DNA from: Verrucomicrobiota bacterium | GTDB taxonomy: Bacteria; Verrucomicrobiota; Verrucomicrobiia; Limisphaerales; CANJXF01 | Length of the DNA: 64,000 bases | Assembly (NCBI GenBank): GCA_043775015.1 | Contig: JAYVSV010000098.1 | Coordinates: forward strand, 7,501 to 71,500 | Direction of reading: 5' to 3' | Shown: one piece after another, positions 18,881 through 27,044 of the stretch | How positions within the stretch are numbered: the stretch's first letter is position 1 | How the letters are laid out: each line of letters opens with the position of its first letter | The notes under the pieces: generated by a model | The model's input: only the letters and a program-made list of their open reading frames with translations | Database searches by the model: none | What the model was told of the DNA's origin: nothing | Translations under genes and position numbers: made by a program

Positions 18881-19828
18881 ATGAAAAGAACGTTTCCGTT
18901 TTGCGTCGCCGCGATGTTGGCGCTCAATCTGTTTTCCGCGACGGCGGCGCAGCTTCAAAAGGAACGTGAACTGATCCAGGACAATCACTTTCACCGCGGG
19001 TTTATTCTTTGGAAAGCGGAACCGGGAAAACATGTGCGCTACGGAGAATTGAAAGGGTTTGATTCAAAAACGAAACCGGTCTGGGGTTTATCGCAATGGA
19101 GCAGCAAATTTCCGCTGGCAAGCCTTGCGGTGGAAAAAAGTGAAGCCGTTCTGGTTTACAGCAATTCAGCTAAAGCGATCACGATGGGGGCTTCGCGCAC
19201 GACACGAGCCGACCTCTCCATGGCGCTCAATGCGGGGGCGGAATATGGCGATCGCGCACGCAAAGCGGGCGATCCGTGGGTGCATTTGTTGTTGGAACAG
19301 GAGTTTGATCCTCCGGCGGCGCTGCACGATTTGTGTGCAGCGAAATTGCATGTTGAAGCGCGATTGCTGCGTTCGCGGAATCTGCGCGAAGTTGATTACC
19401 GTCCCGATGTTCACGCGGCGCAGTTTCAGATTTTCTTCACGGTGCAGAATCGAAATCGCAATTCACCCGGCTTCGGAGATGCGCTTTGGTTTGGCATCCC
19501 CATTTATGATAACCGCCATCGTTTTATCCCAGAATTCAAGGAACAGGATTTTGGAGGCACGGCTAGATTCATTTTTACGCCCGACGGAAAAACGTTTGCA
19601 TCGACCAGTACGCACGATGGTGAATGGGTGACGATCGAAAAGGATTTATTGCCGCTGATGCACGAAGCGCTCGCGATGGCCTGGGCGCGCGGCTTTTTGA
19701 AAGAGTCAAAAGATTCTGGGGATTACTTCATCGCCGGCATGAATATGGGATGGGAATTGCCCGGAACGTTTGATGTGGAAATGCAGGTGCGCAACCTGAG
19801 CCTCAAGGTGAACCAGCGTGGTCCTTGA
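18881..19828 (+). CDS. Secreted hypothetical protein
   Basis: Signal peptide MKRTFPFCVAAMLALNLFSATAA. It starts 11 nt downstream of the heme-binding giant. I recognise no motif. Confidence 0.6.
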   Translation: MKRTFPFCVAAMLALNLFSATAAQLQKERELIQDNHFHRGFILWKAEPGKHVRYGELKGFDSKTKPVWGLSQWSSKFPLASLAVEKSEAVLVYSNSAKAITMGASRTTRADLSMALNAGAEYGDRARKAGDPWVHLLLEQEFDPPAALHDLCAAKLHVEARLLRSRNLREVDYRPDVHAAQFQIFFTVQNRNRNSPGFGDALWFGIPIYDNRHRFIPEFKEQDFGGTARFIFTPDGKTFASTSTHDGEWVTIEKDLLPLMHEALAMAWARGFLKESKDSGDYFIAGMNMGWELPGTFDVEMQVRNLSLKVNQRGP

Positions 19829-19871
19829 AACGCTTCGAGATCTACCGCAGTTTCATCGAGCAAAAAATCAA

Positions 19872-20354
19872 TCAGCAACTGGTGGGAACTTCTCCCAATA
19901 CTTCGACACAATGTGGAATTGCGCCGACCACGAAATCCAGGCATTCAACCGCGCCGCTCGGTTTGCCGGGCAGGCAAACCACAAGTGATTTTTCCACCAC
20001 GACGGCAAGATTGCGCGAGAGAATCGCGTTCTTCGTAATCTTCATTGATTCGATGCGCATGATTTCGCCAAACCCGGGTAACTCGCGGATCGAGATTTCG
20101 CGAACGGCTTCTGGCGTCACGTCGCGCAAGGCAACGCCCGTTCCTCCAGTCGTGAGGATGAGTTGGCAACCTTTGTTTATTTGCTCGCGAATGGCTCGTT
20201 GGATTTCCCGTTTTTCATCCGGCACCAGCGTCTCAGCCAGCACGTTCCAACCATAATCTTCGGCAGCGCGTTTAAGCGCAGGTCCGCCAAGATCGTCGTA
20301 CAACCCTTTCGAGGCGCGATCAGAAACCGTGATGATGCCAACTTGAATTTTCAT
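19872..20354 (-). CDS. mogA: Molybdopterin adenylyltransferase MogA
   Basis: ITVSDRAS.G.YDD.GGP, ILTTGGTG and LPGKPSGA motifs; 160 aa. Confidence 0.88.
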   Translation of the reverse strand: MKIQVGIITVSDRASKGLYDDLGGPALKRAAEDYGWNVLAETLVPDEKREIQRAIREQINKGCQLILTTGGTGVALRDVTPEAVREISIRELPGFGEIMRIESMKITKNAILSRNLAVVVEKSLVVCLPGKPSGAVECLDFVVGAIPHCVEVLGEVPTSC

Positions 20355-20375
20355 TCTGAAAGCTTAGTGCATCCC

Positions 20376-21059
20376 CTACGTCGCTTTCAACTCACGGCAG
20401 GCGGAGAATCCTCGGAACAAACAGAAGAGCGCGAATCCGTGGAACCCGAGCGCAAGCCAATCCTGTCCGAGCAGGGCAATCAAACTATCCAAAGCATAAA
20501 GTATCATGCCGACGATGAACGCCCACGAGTGGCCTTTGTTCGCAAAAATTCCAAACATGACAAAAAGTCCGATCACCAAGAGGTCGAGACCAAGGGCAAC
20601 GACCTTGCCGAGGGATTGAAATTCGCTGGCGATGGCATCGAAAACTTGCGTGATGCCCAGCCCGAGAATGAATCCCCAATTAAAGCCGCCCAATGCGATG
20701 AGTGAGTTAATCAGCGACAAACCGGCGATCCAATAAAACCATGACGCACCGGATTTCAATTGCGCTTCTGTTGCCGGATCGCTGCGCACAGTTGTTGGAA
20801 TTGCGACGGCGGCTGCGGCGATGGCGGAAGGTGCGCCGACGGGCAACGCCACTTTGAGTTCTGAAAAATTCCCGGCGGCAGACCAGTAATCCATATCGTT
20901 TCGCATCACTTCATTTTGCGCGGTGACGCGTCCCTCCCGCAGCCACGCGCTGAGTTGGTCCAAAGTGACTGGGCCGTATTCTTTTAAGTCTGTTCCGCGA
21001 ACTTTGTAGGTGAGTTCCATAAGGCTGTGAGCGTTCATATCAGACATCCGCATGAACAT
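20376..21059 (-). CDS. GYF_2 (DUF4339) domain membrane protein
   Basis: YKVRGTDLKEYGPVTLDQLSAWLREGRV...VMRNDMDYWSAAGNFSELK is followed by about four TM helices. The start codon is uncertain. Confidence 0.65.
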   Translation of the reverse strand: MFMRMSDMNAHSLMELTYKVRGTDLKEYGPVTLDQLSAWLREGRVTAQNEVMRNDMDYWSAAGNFSELKVALPVGAPSAIAAAAVAIPTTVRSDPATEAQLKSGASWFYWIAGLSLINSLIALGGFNWGFILGLGITQVFDAIASEFQSLGKVVALGLDLLVIGLFVMFGIFANKGHSWAFIVGMILYALDSLIALLGQDWLALGFHGFALFCLFRGFSACRELKAT

Positions 21060-21097
21060 TCAACGGAAAAGGCAGATCATGTTCCGATTGATCGGAT

Positions 21098-22390
21098 CTA
21101 GCGGTTGGCTGGATGGGTGGTCCACTCGTTTAAACCGCGCTCATTTGGCGCAATGATTTTGCTGCCGTGCAATAACTCAAGCGCTTCGCCCACCAAATAG
21201 AGCGAGCCGGCAATGACGACGAACGGATCTTGAGCCGTTGCTTCGAGCGCTTGCGCCAAAGAATTTAAGGCGACGATTTTTGCGCTCGCGTTTTTGTGAC
21301 GGATGGCTCGTTCCAACTCTTCCGGGGCAGCCGTTCGTTCGCTGCTCACGGGGACGACAAATAGGTTTTCGGCAAGCGGCGCGAGGATTTCGCAAATCGA
21401 AGACCATTCCTTGTCCTGCAAAATACCGACAATGAGCGTTGGTTTTTTTCCGGGAAAATGTTTCGCAATCGCATCGCGCAACGCCCGCGCACCGGACGGA
21501 TTATGCGCGCCGTCCAACAGAATTGTTTGGCCGGATTTCGTTGTGATCTGCTGGAGTCGTCCCGGCCATTGCACTTGCGAAAGCCCGGCGCAAATCGCAT
21601 TTTCAGAAGCCGGAATTTTTGAGGCGAGAACGCACACCGTTGAAATCGCGAGCGCAGCGTTGAGGCGTTGATGTTCGCCAAGAAGTGGAAGCTCAAGTTT
21701 ATCGAGCAGCGTTGTTTTTGTTTCTGCAAAACCAACCTGCGTCAGCGGAGAATTTCTTTCGCGAGCAGTTTGGGCAATCACAGCAAGCGCTTCGGACTCG
21801 CTCGCTGCGGTGATGACAGGAATTTCGGGTTTGATGATGCCCGCTTTTTCCGCAGCAATTTCCGTGATCGTGTTGCCGAGCCATTTCTCGTGATCGAATT
21901 GCACGTTCGTAATAACGCTGGCGAGTGGCGTGACGATGTTCGTCGCATCGAGTCGCCCGCCCATGCCCGTTTCCCAAATCACCAGATCACATTTTTGTTC
22001 GGCAAAATATTTCAGCGCCATCACGGTGACGACTTCAAAAAACGTCGGATGTGCGTCGGCGGAGAATTGTTTCAACAGCGGTTGAATTTCAGCAACGAGC
22101 CGAACGATTTCCAATTCGGAAACAAGTTGGCGGTTTACTTGGATTCGTTCCGCAAACGAGACGAGATGCGGCGAGGTGAAAAGTCCCGCGCGCAATCCCG
22201 CCGCGCGGTAAATGCTCTCCAACATCGCGCAGACGGAGCCTTTGCCATTCGTTCCCGCGACGTGAATGAAGCGAAGTTTCTCCTGCGGATTTCCAGCGAG
22301 CGCGGCGAGTTTGCAGGTATTTTCCAAACCAAACTTCGCACCGAACATGCGAAGCTCGTAGAGAAACTGAACTGCTTCAGCGTAGGTCAT
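21098..22390 (-). CDS. folC: Bifunctional folylpolyglutamate synthase / dihydrofolate synthase
   Basis: HVAGTNGKGSV P-loop, ETGMGGRLDATN, and LLDGAHNP. Confidence 0.92.
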   Translation of the reverse strand: MTYAEAVQFLYELRMFGAKFGLENTCKLAALAGNPQEKLRFIHVAGTNGKGSVCAMLESIYRAAGLRAGLFTSPHLVSFAERIQVNRQLVSELEIVRLVAEIQPLLKQFSADAHPTFFEVVTVMALKYFAEQKCDLVIWETGMGGRLDATNIVTPLASVITNVQFDHEKWLGNTITEIAAEKAGIIKPEIPVITAASESEALAVIAQTARERNSPLTQVGFAETKTTLLDKLELPLLGEHQRLNAALAISTVCVLASKIPASENAICAGLSQVQWPGRLQQITTKSGQTILLDGAHNPSGARALRDAIAKHFPGKKPTLIVGILQDKEWSSICEILAPLAENLFVVPVSSERTAAPEELERAIRHKNASAKIVALNSLAQALEATAQDPFVVIAGSLYLVGEALELLHGSKIIAPNERGLNEWTTHPANR

Positions 22391-22391
22391 T

Positions 22392-23066
22392 TCAAAACTT
22401 GATTCGCGAGGAATCGATATCGAGCAGCTCGTAGGTTTTCCAATTCACGTCGTCAAAGTGCCACCATTCCGTGGGCAGCCCGACGAAGCCGTGTTTGACC
22501 ATGACGCGTTCGAGCAGCTCGCGATTTCGAAGCGCCTCGGCGGGTGCGCTCCTGTAATCGCGATGCGCTCTGTCCGTGAATTCGTCGTAGCTCGAAGGCA
22601 TCAGTAATTCCTTTTTATCCCGGAGATGGATCAGCGTCACGTCCACCGCCGCACCGCGATTGTGCCGCGAGCCTTTGGCTGGGTTGGCGACATAACCTTC
22701 GACCGGATAAACCGCCCACATTTTCTTTTGCACGGAAAGTGGCCGATAGGCGTCGAAAACTTTCAAGCCAAGTCCCATCGAATTGAACTCGCGTTGGGCG
22801 CCGCGCAATTTAGTTGCTGCCGATCGGCGCAAAAAAGCACGGTTACTTTCGTACAGTTTTTGCCCCGTAAAATTGTTGGTGGTGGCATAACGAATATCGA
22901 GAACCACCATCGGCACAACTCGTTTTACTTCGACCAGATCGCTTGGTGTTTTGGTGACGCACGAGGTTGCGATCAAGCAAAAAGCCAGAAAGAGCGTGAG
23001 CGCGGCAGAGGAAAAATGGAGCGAGGTTCGTTTTAAATTCACGGCAGGGACGGATACTGTTTCCAA
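22392..23066 (-). CDS. D-alanyl-D-alanine dipeptidase (VanX/DdpX-like M15 peptidase), predicted lipoprotein
   Basis: SRHNRGAAVDVTL (H-x6-D), EWWHF, and a signal peptide with ..LIATSC. It starts 1 nt upstream of the folC start region (gene gap 1 nt). Confidence 0.85.
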   Translation of the reverse strand: METVSVPAVNLKRTSLHFSSAALTLFLAFCLIATSCVTKTPSDLVEVKRVVPMVVLDIRYATTNNFTGQKLYESNRAFLRRSAATKLRGAQREFNSMGLGLKVFDAYRPLSVQKKMWAVYPVEGYVANPAKGSRHNRGAAVDVTLIHLRDKKELLMPSSYDEFTDRAHRDYRSAPAEALRNRELLERVMVKHGFVGLPTEWWHFDDVNWKTYELLDIDSSRIKF

Positions 23067-23157
23067 CAGGCGGCGTCAACCCAAGCATGCGATTTTGCTG
23101 GCAGACCTCGCTCGGAAGATCGCTCTGGCAAGTGATTCCACAAATTCCAAACGGAAA

Positions 23158-24033
23158 CTATTGGGAAGTTCGGAGGCTCAACTCAAGAAACGTTAAAACT
23201 CTTTTTTCGTATTGTTCACGATCGAAAGCGTAAAGATCGGTGTGTTCAGCACCTTTGATTTCCAAAAATTCTTTTGGTTCGGAGGCCGCGTTGAAAAGTT
23301 CCTTTGCCTCCGTCAACGGGGTGTGTTGGTCCTGGTCGCCCGCCATGAATAATTTTGGAACCGCGATTCCTCGAACCTGATCAATGGGCCGTAAATCATC
23401 CGCGTTGAAGCCAAGTCGCAGTTTCAATTGGCAGGTGAGCAACGGGGTGAAAAGCCCGCCTGCTTTTCCAAGTTTCATTTTAAGTCGAGCGCTGATGGCT
23501 TGCTTGATCGTTGGATAAACCATTTCGAGAACCATCGCGTCAACTTTCAGCGGTGGTGTCGCGAGAATTGCGGCAGCGCCACCTAATGATCCACCGATGA
23601 CGGAGAGTTTTTGCTCGGGAAAGCGGTTGCGGGCAAAATCGACGACGGCACGAGCGTCGCGGCTCTCCAAATAACCGAACGTGATTTTCTTTCCCGAACT
23701 TTCGCCGTGCGCCTGGAAATCGAAAAGTAAAATCGTATAGCCGTGCGTGTGGAGAAAACGAGCGCGCTCCAACATGTCGAGTCGGCAGCCCCGAACGCCG
23801 TGCATCAGAATGACGACCCCTTTCGATTTTTCCGCGTTGAGCAACCAGCCGCTTAGTTTGGATCCAGACGAACTCTCCACCTGAAAATTTTCCGCAGGGA
23901 AATTGCTGGGTGGCGGGCCGATCTGCCGGTGTCGGGCGGAACACAGCGCACCACCGATTAACCAGACCGTTAATGTCGCCAGTAAAACAAAACCGATCAG
24001 CATTGAAGAAATGATTTTGCGTTTCCGGCTCAC
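23158..24033 (-). CDS. Alpha/beta hydrolase
   Basis: N-terminal TM, HGVRG, nucleophile elbow GGSLGG, and a C-terminal ..GAEHTD. Confidence 0.8.
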   Translation of the reverse strand: MSRKRKIISSMLIGFVLLATLTVWLIGGALCSARHRQIGPPPSNFPAENFQVESSSGSKLSGWLLNAEKSKGVVILMHGVRGCRLDMLERARFLHTHGYTILLFDFQAHGESSGKKITFGYLESRDARAVVDFARNRFPEQKLSVIGGSLGGAAAILATPPLKVDAMVLEMVYPTIKQAISARLKMKLGKAGGLFTPLLTCQLKLRLGFNADDLRPIDQVRGIAVPKLFMAGDQDQHTPLTEAKELFNAASEPKEFLEIKGAEHTDLYAFDREQYEKRVLTFLELSLRTSQ

Positions 24034-24042
24034 CTTCGCGGG

Positions 24043-24633
24043 CTATCCGCCCAATTGCGGATTCTCCATGAAGGCGTAGCAGAGGATGTGGCAGATGCCC
24101 ATTTGCACATCTTCGACGCGGCCGTAATGGGTGTCGTTGATGACAATGGTTTGGTCGGCGATTTCCGCCATGCGTCCGCGTTTTGCGCCGACGAGCGCGA
24201 TTGTTTGCAAACCATTTTTCTTCGACCATTCCAGCGCTTTGCTGCAATTGGGGGAGTTGCCGCTGACGCTGAGTGAGAGAACGACGTCGCCCTTGCGTCC
24301 GTAGTTTTCCAACTGGCGAACGAAAACATCGTCGTAGGAATAATCGTTTCCGATGGCGGTCATCCAACTGACATTGTCATTCAGGGAGAGCACGCGAAAA
24401 CGTTTGGGCAATTTGTCGGAAGAACCTTTCCCGAGGTCGGTCGCGAAATGAGAGGAGTTCGCCGCGCTGCCGCCGTTGCCAAAAACAAAAACCTGACGAT
24501 CCTCTTTGAGCGCTTGTTGAAAAGTTTTGATAATTTGCTCCACGCCTTCGACCGGGATGGAATCGAGCGCCGCTTTTTGTGCGTTAATGTAGTTGGTGAT
24601 CCATTGATTCATTTGTGGTGGAGTGTAATTCAA
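24043..24633 (-). CDS. gmhA: SIS-domain phosphoheptose isomerase (GmhA/DiaA family)
   Basis: VFGNGGSAANSSHFATDL and LSVSGNSPN align by eye to E. coli GmhA. Confidence 0.7.
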   Translation of the reverse strand: MNYTPPQMNQWITNYINAQKAALDSIPVEGVEQIIKTFQQALKEDRQVFVFGNGGSAANSSHFATDLGKGSSDKLPKRFRVLSLNDNVSWMTAIGNDYSYDDVFVRQLENYGRKGDVVLSLSVSGNSPNCSKALEWSKKNGLQTIALVGAKRGRMAEIADQTIVINDTHYGRVEDVQMGICHILCYAFMENPQLGG

Positions 24634-24640
24634 GCGCGGC

Positions 24641-25564
24641 TCATTTCAAGCTTCGCGACCGCGCCAATTCCAAAGCGCCCACCGGCACGGCATCTTCGCC
24701 CAATTTGGACAACTCAATTTTTGGGCGGGGCGTGAAGGCTTCCATGACGTAGCGGGCCAGAGATATTTCGACTGCGCCTCGAAGCGGTTCGCCGATGAGC
24801 GATAAACCGCCGCCAAGAATAATTTTTTCCGGATGAAATAAATGGGCCACGTGAGAAAGGGCAAACGCCAGGTCGTCCGCCGTTTCATTTAAGATTTGTT
24901 GCGCGAGAGAATCTTTCTGGTCGAGAGCTGTCTTAAGAAATCGAGCTTCGTTGCCGACTGCATTCCCCATCAATTCGGACAATGCGCTCTTGGGATTTTC
25001 AGCAACAATGGCACGCACTCGCTTATCAACCGCCCACCCCGAGCAGCGCGATTCCACAATCGTCCCGGCTTTGTCCAAACGAAGGTGGCCGATTTCCGAT
25101 TCGCCGGGCGTTGCTCCGTGGTAAATCTCGCGATCCACCACCGCTCCTCCGCCGACGCCGCTGCCGAGCGTCACGTAGAACACCGGATTGCTCCCTGCGC
25201 CCGCGCCGTGAATCGCTTCGCCCAACGCCGCGACGTTGGCGTCGTTGTCCACAAAAACCGGAACGCCGCTGCACGATTGCAACCACTGCGCCATGGGAAA
25301 TTCCGACCAGCCCGGAACCTGATGAGAACAGCAGATCTGGCCGGTTTGCCAATCCACCGGCCCACCGAAACCAACGCCGATGGCTGCGGGTTGAAATTTT
25401 TCCAGCAGCGTTGTTAGACCGGCTTCAATTTGTTGGCGAATTCCTTTCGCACCGGCCGTCGGCGCAATCGAGAAGCGAAGTCGCTCGGAAATGGTTGCTG
25501 ATTCATTGCCAGCGACGATTTGCAATTTCGTGCCGCCAATTTCGATGCCGAGAAATTTTTTCAT
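24641..25564 (-). CDS. ROK family sugar kinase
   Basis: GIEIGGTKLQIV N-terminal ATP motif, DNDANVAALGE, and GSGVGGG. Confidence 0.85.
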   Translation of the reverse strand: MKKFLGIEIGGTKLQIVAGNESATISERLRFSIAPTAGAKGIRQQIEAGLTTLLEKFQPAAIGVGFGGPVDWQTGQICCSHQVPGWSEFPMAQWLQSCSGVPVFVDNDANVAALGEAIHGAGAGSNPVFYVTLGSGVGGGAVVDREIYHGATPGESEIGHLRLDKAGTIVESRCSGWAVDKRVRAIVAENPKSALSELMGNAVGNEARFLKTALDQKDSLAQQILNETADDLAFALSHVAHLFHPEKIILGGGLSLIGEPLRGAVEISLARYVMEAFTPRPKIELSKLGEDAVPVGALELARSRSLK

Positions 25565-25634
25565 GGGTCAATTGTGAACGGCACGAAAGACGCGGGAGAG
25601 AAGATGTTATTCGTGGGTTCGCGTTGTTCGTGGA

Positions 25635-26210
25635 TTAAAAATGTTTTGGTGTGTTGCCGGACTTCCATTTGATATTGCAGCCGACGCTCGGAGCCTGGTT
25701 TTCCGAAACCGGTTTGCCAGCAAGCGCCGCATCGAGGGCGGCGCGCAAATCTTTTCCCGTCACCGGAACTCCGTTTCCAGGGCGGCTGGCGTCGAGTTGT
25801 CCGCGGTAAATGAGTTTCAAATTTTTATCGAAGAGAAAAAAATCCGGCGTGCAAGCGGCTCGATACGCTTGGGCGACAGATTGGGTTTCGTCAAAAAGAT
25901 ACGGGAACGTGTAACCAGCGCTCTTCACTTCATTCCGCATTTTTTCCGGGCTGTCGTCCGAATAATTGGCGGCATCGTTGGAGTTGATGGCGACGATGCC
26001 GACACCTTTGCTTTGGTAGTCGCGACCGATTTTCGCCAGTTCGCCGCGCATGTGTTTCACGTAAGGACAGTGGTTGCAAATGAACATCACGAGCACGGCT
26101 GGAGCACCGTTGAAGTCGCCGAGCGCGATCGTTTTACCAGTCGTATCTGGCAACTGAAAATCGGGCGCAGTGGTGCCGAGCGCCAGCATGGTGGAAGGGG
26201 TCAAAGCCAT
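25635..26210 (-). CDS. Thioredoxin-fold (redoxin/AhpC-TSA-like) protein
   Basis: CNHCPYV CxxC motif in a redoxin-like context; 191 aa. Confidence 0.8.
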   Translation of the reverse strand: MALTPSTMLALGTTAPDFQLPDTTGKTIALGDFNGAPAVLVMFICNHCPYVKHMRGELAKIGRDYQSKGVGIVAINSNDAANYSDDSPEKMRNEVKSAGYTFPYLFDETQSVAQAYRAACTPDFFLFDKNLKLIYRGQLDASRPGNGVPVTGKDLRAALDAALAGKPVSENQAPSVGCNIKWKSGNTPKHF

Positions 26211-26354
26211 GTGCGGAATTTCGATTGTGGAATTTCGATTGTCGAGCGCGGAGTTGGGAAAAAGAAGGCTGAATTAACAACACTTGCCGGATTTTATTTC
26301 GGAGACGGACACCAAATCCTTTGGGAATTTTGTAAATTCTGTTAATTCTTTTCC

Positions 26355-27044
26355 ATGTTCAAACCAGCCGATTTGTTCGACCTCAGCCAGAGTGAACACG
26401 CCCGGATTTTCGATGGATGCGAAAATGCCTGGGATGCGTTGAAGATTTTGAAGGCCTATATTACGGCGAATCTTCGGCGCGAATTGCACAATCGTTGTGA
26501 GGGAAAAGTTTTTATCGGCAACGATGTCTTCATTGGAGAAGGGACGGTCGTCGAAGATGGCGCGATGATCAAAGGCCCGGCGATCATTGGAAAAAACTGC
26601 GAGATTCGTCACGGTGCTTATATCCGCGATCACGTCATCATTGGTGATAATTGCGTGATCGGGAATTCCAGTGAGATCAAACATTCGATTTTATTCAACG
26701 GTTGCCAGGTGCCGCATTTCAATTATGTAGGAGACTCGATTTTTGGCTGCAAAGCACACCTTGGTGCGGGTGTAAAAATTTCGAATGTGAAACTGGTGCC
26801 GGGAAACGTGTTCGTCGAAATGGACGGCAAACCGTTTGATACTGGATTGAGAAAATTCGGAGCGCTTCTCGGTGATTTCGCAGAAATTGGATGCAACTCG
26901 GTTTTAAATCCAGGAAGCATCATCGGGCGCAACTCAATCATCTATCCGAACACCAATTGGCGAAGTATCTTGCCCACGAACATGATTGTGAAAAATAAAG
27001 CCGCACAGGAAATCGTGGAACGCCATCCGCGAGACGACCGATGA
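26355..27044 (+). CDS. Left-handed beta-helix (hexapeptide repeat) transferase, GlmU C-terminal-like
   Basis: Consecutive [LIV]-G-x4 hexapeptides: IGNDVFIGEGTVVEDGAMIKGPAIIGKNCEIRHGAYIRDHVIIGDNCVIG. Confidence 0.75.
   Translation: MFKPADLFDLSQSEHARIFDGCENAWDALKILKAYITANLRRELHNRCEGKVFIGNDVFIGEGTVVEDGAMIKGPAIIGKNCEIRHGAYIRDHVIIGDNCVIGNSSEIKHSILFNGCQVPHFNYVGDSIFGCKAHLGAGVKISNVKLVPGNVFVEMDGKPFDTGLRKFGALLGDFAEIGCNSVLNPGSIIGRNSIIYPNTNWRSILPTNMIVKNKAAQEIVERHPRDDR

Noticed and set aside
23540-24367. 275-aa minus-strand ORF spanning the hydrolase/SIS gene junction
   Set aside because: It is out of frame with two well-supported genes on the same strand and is extremely Arg-rich.
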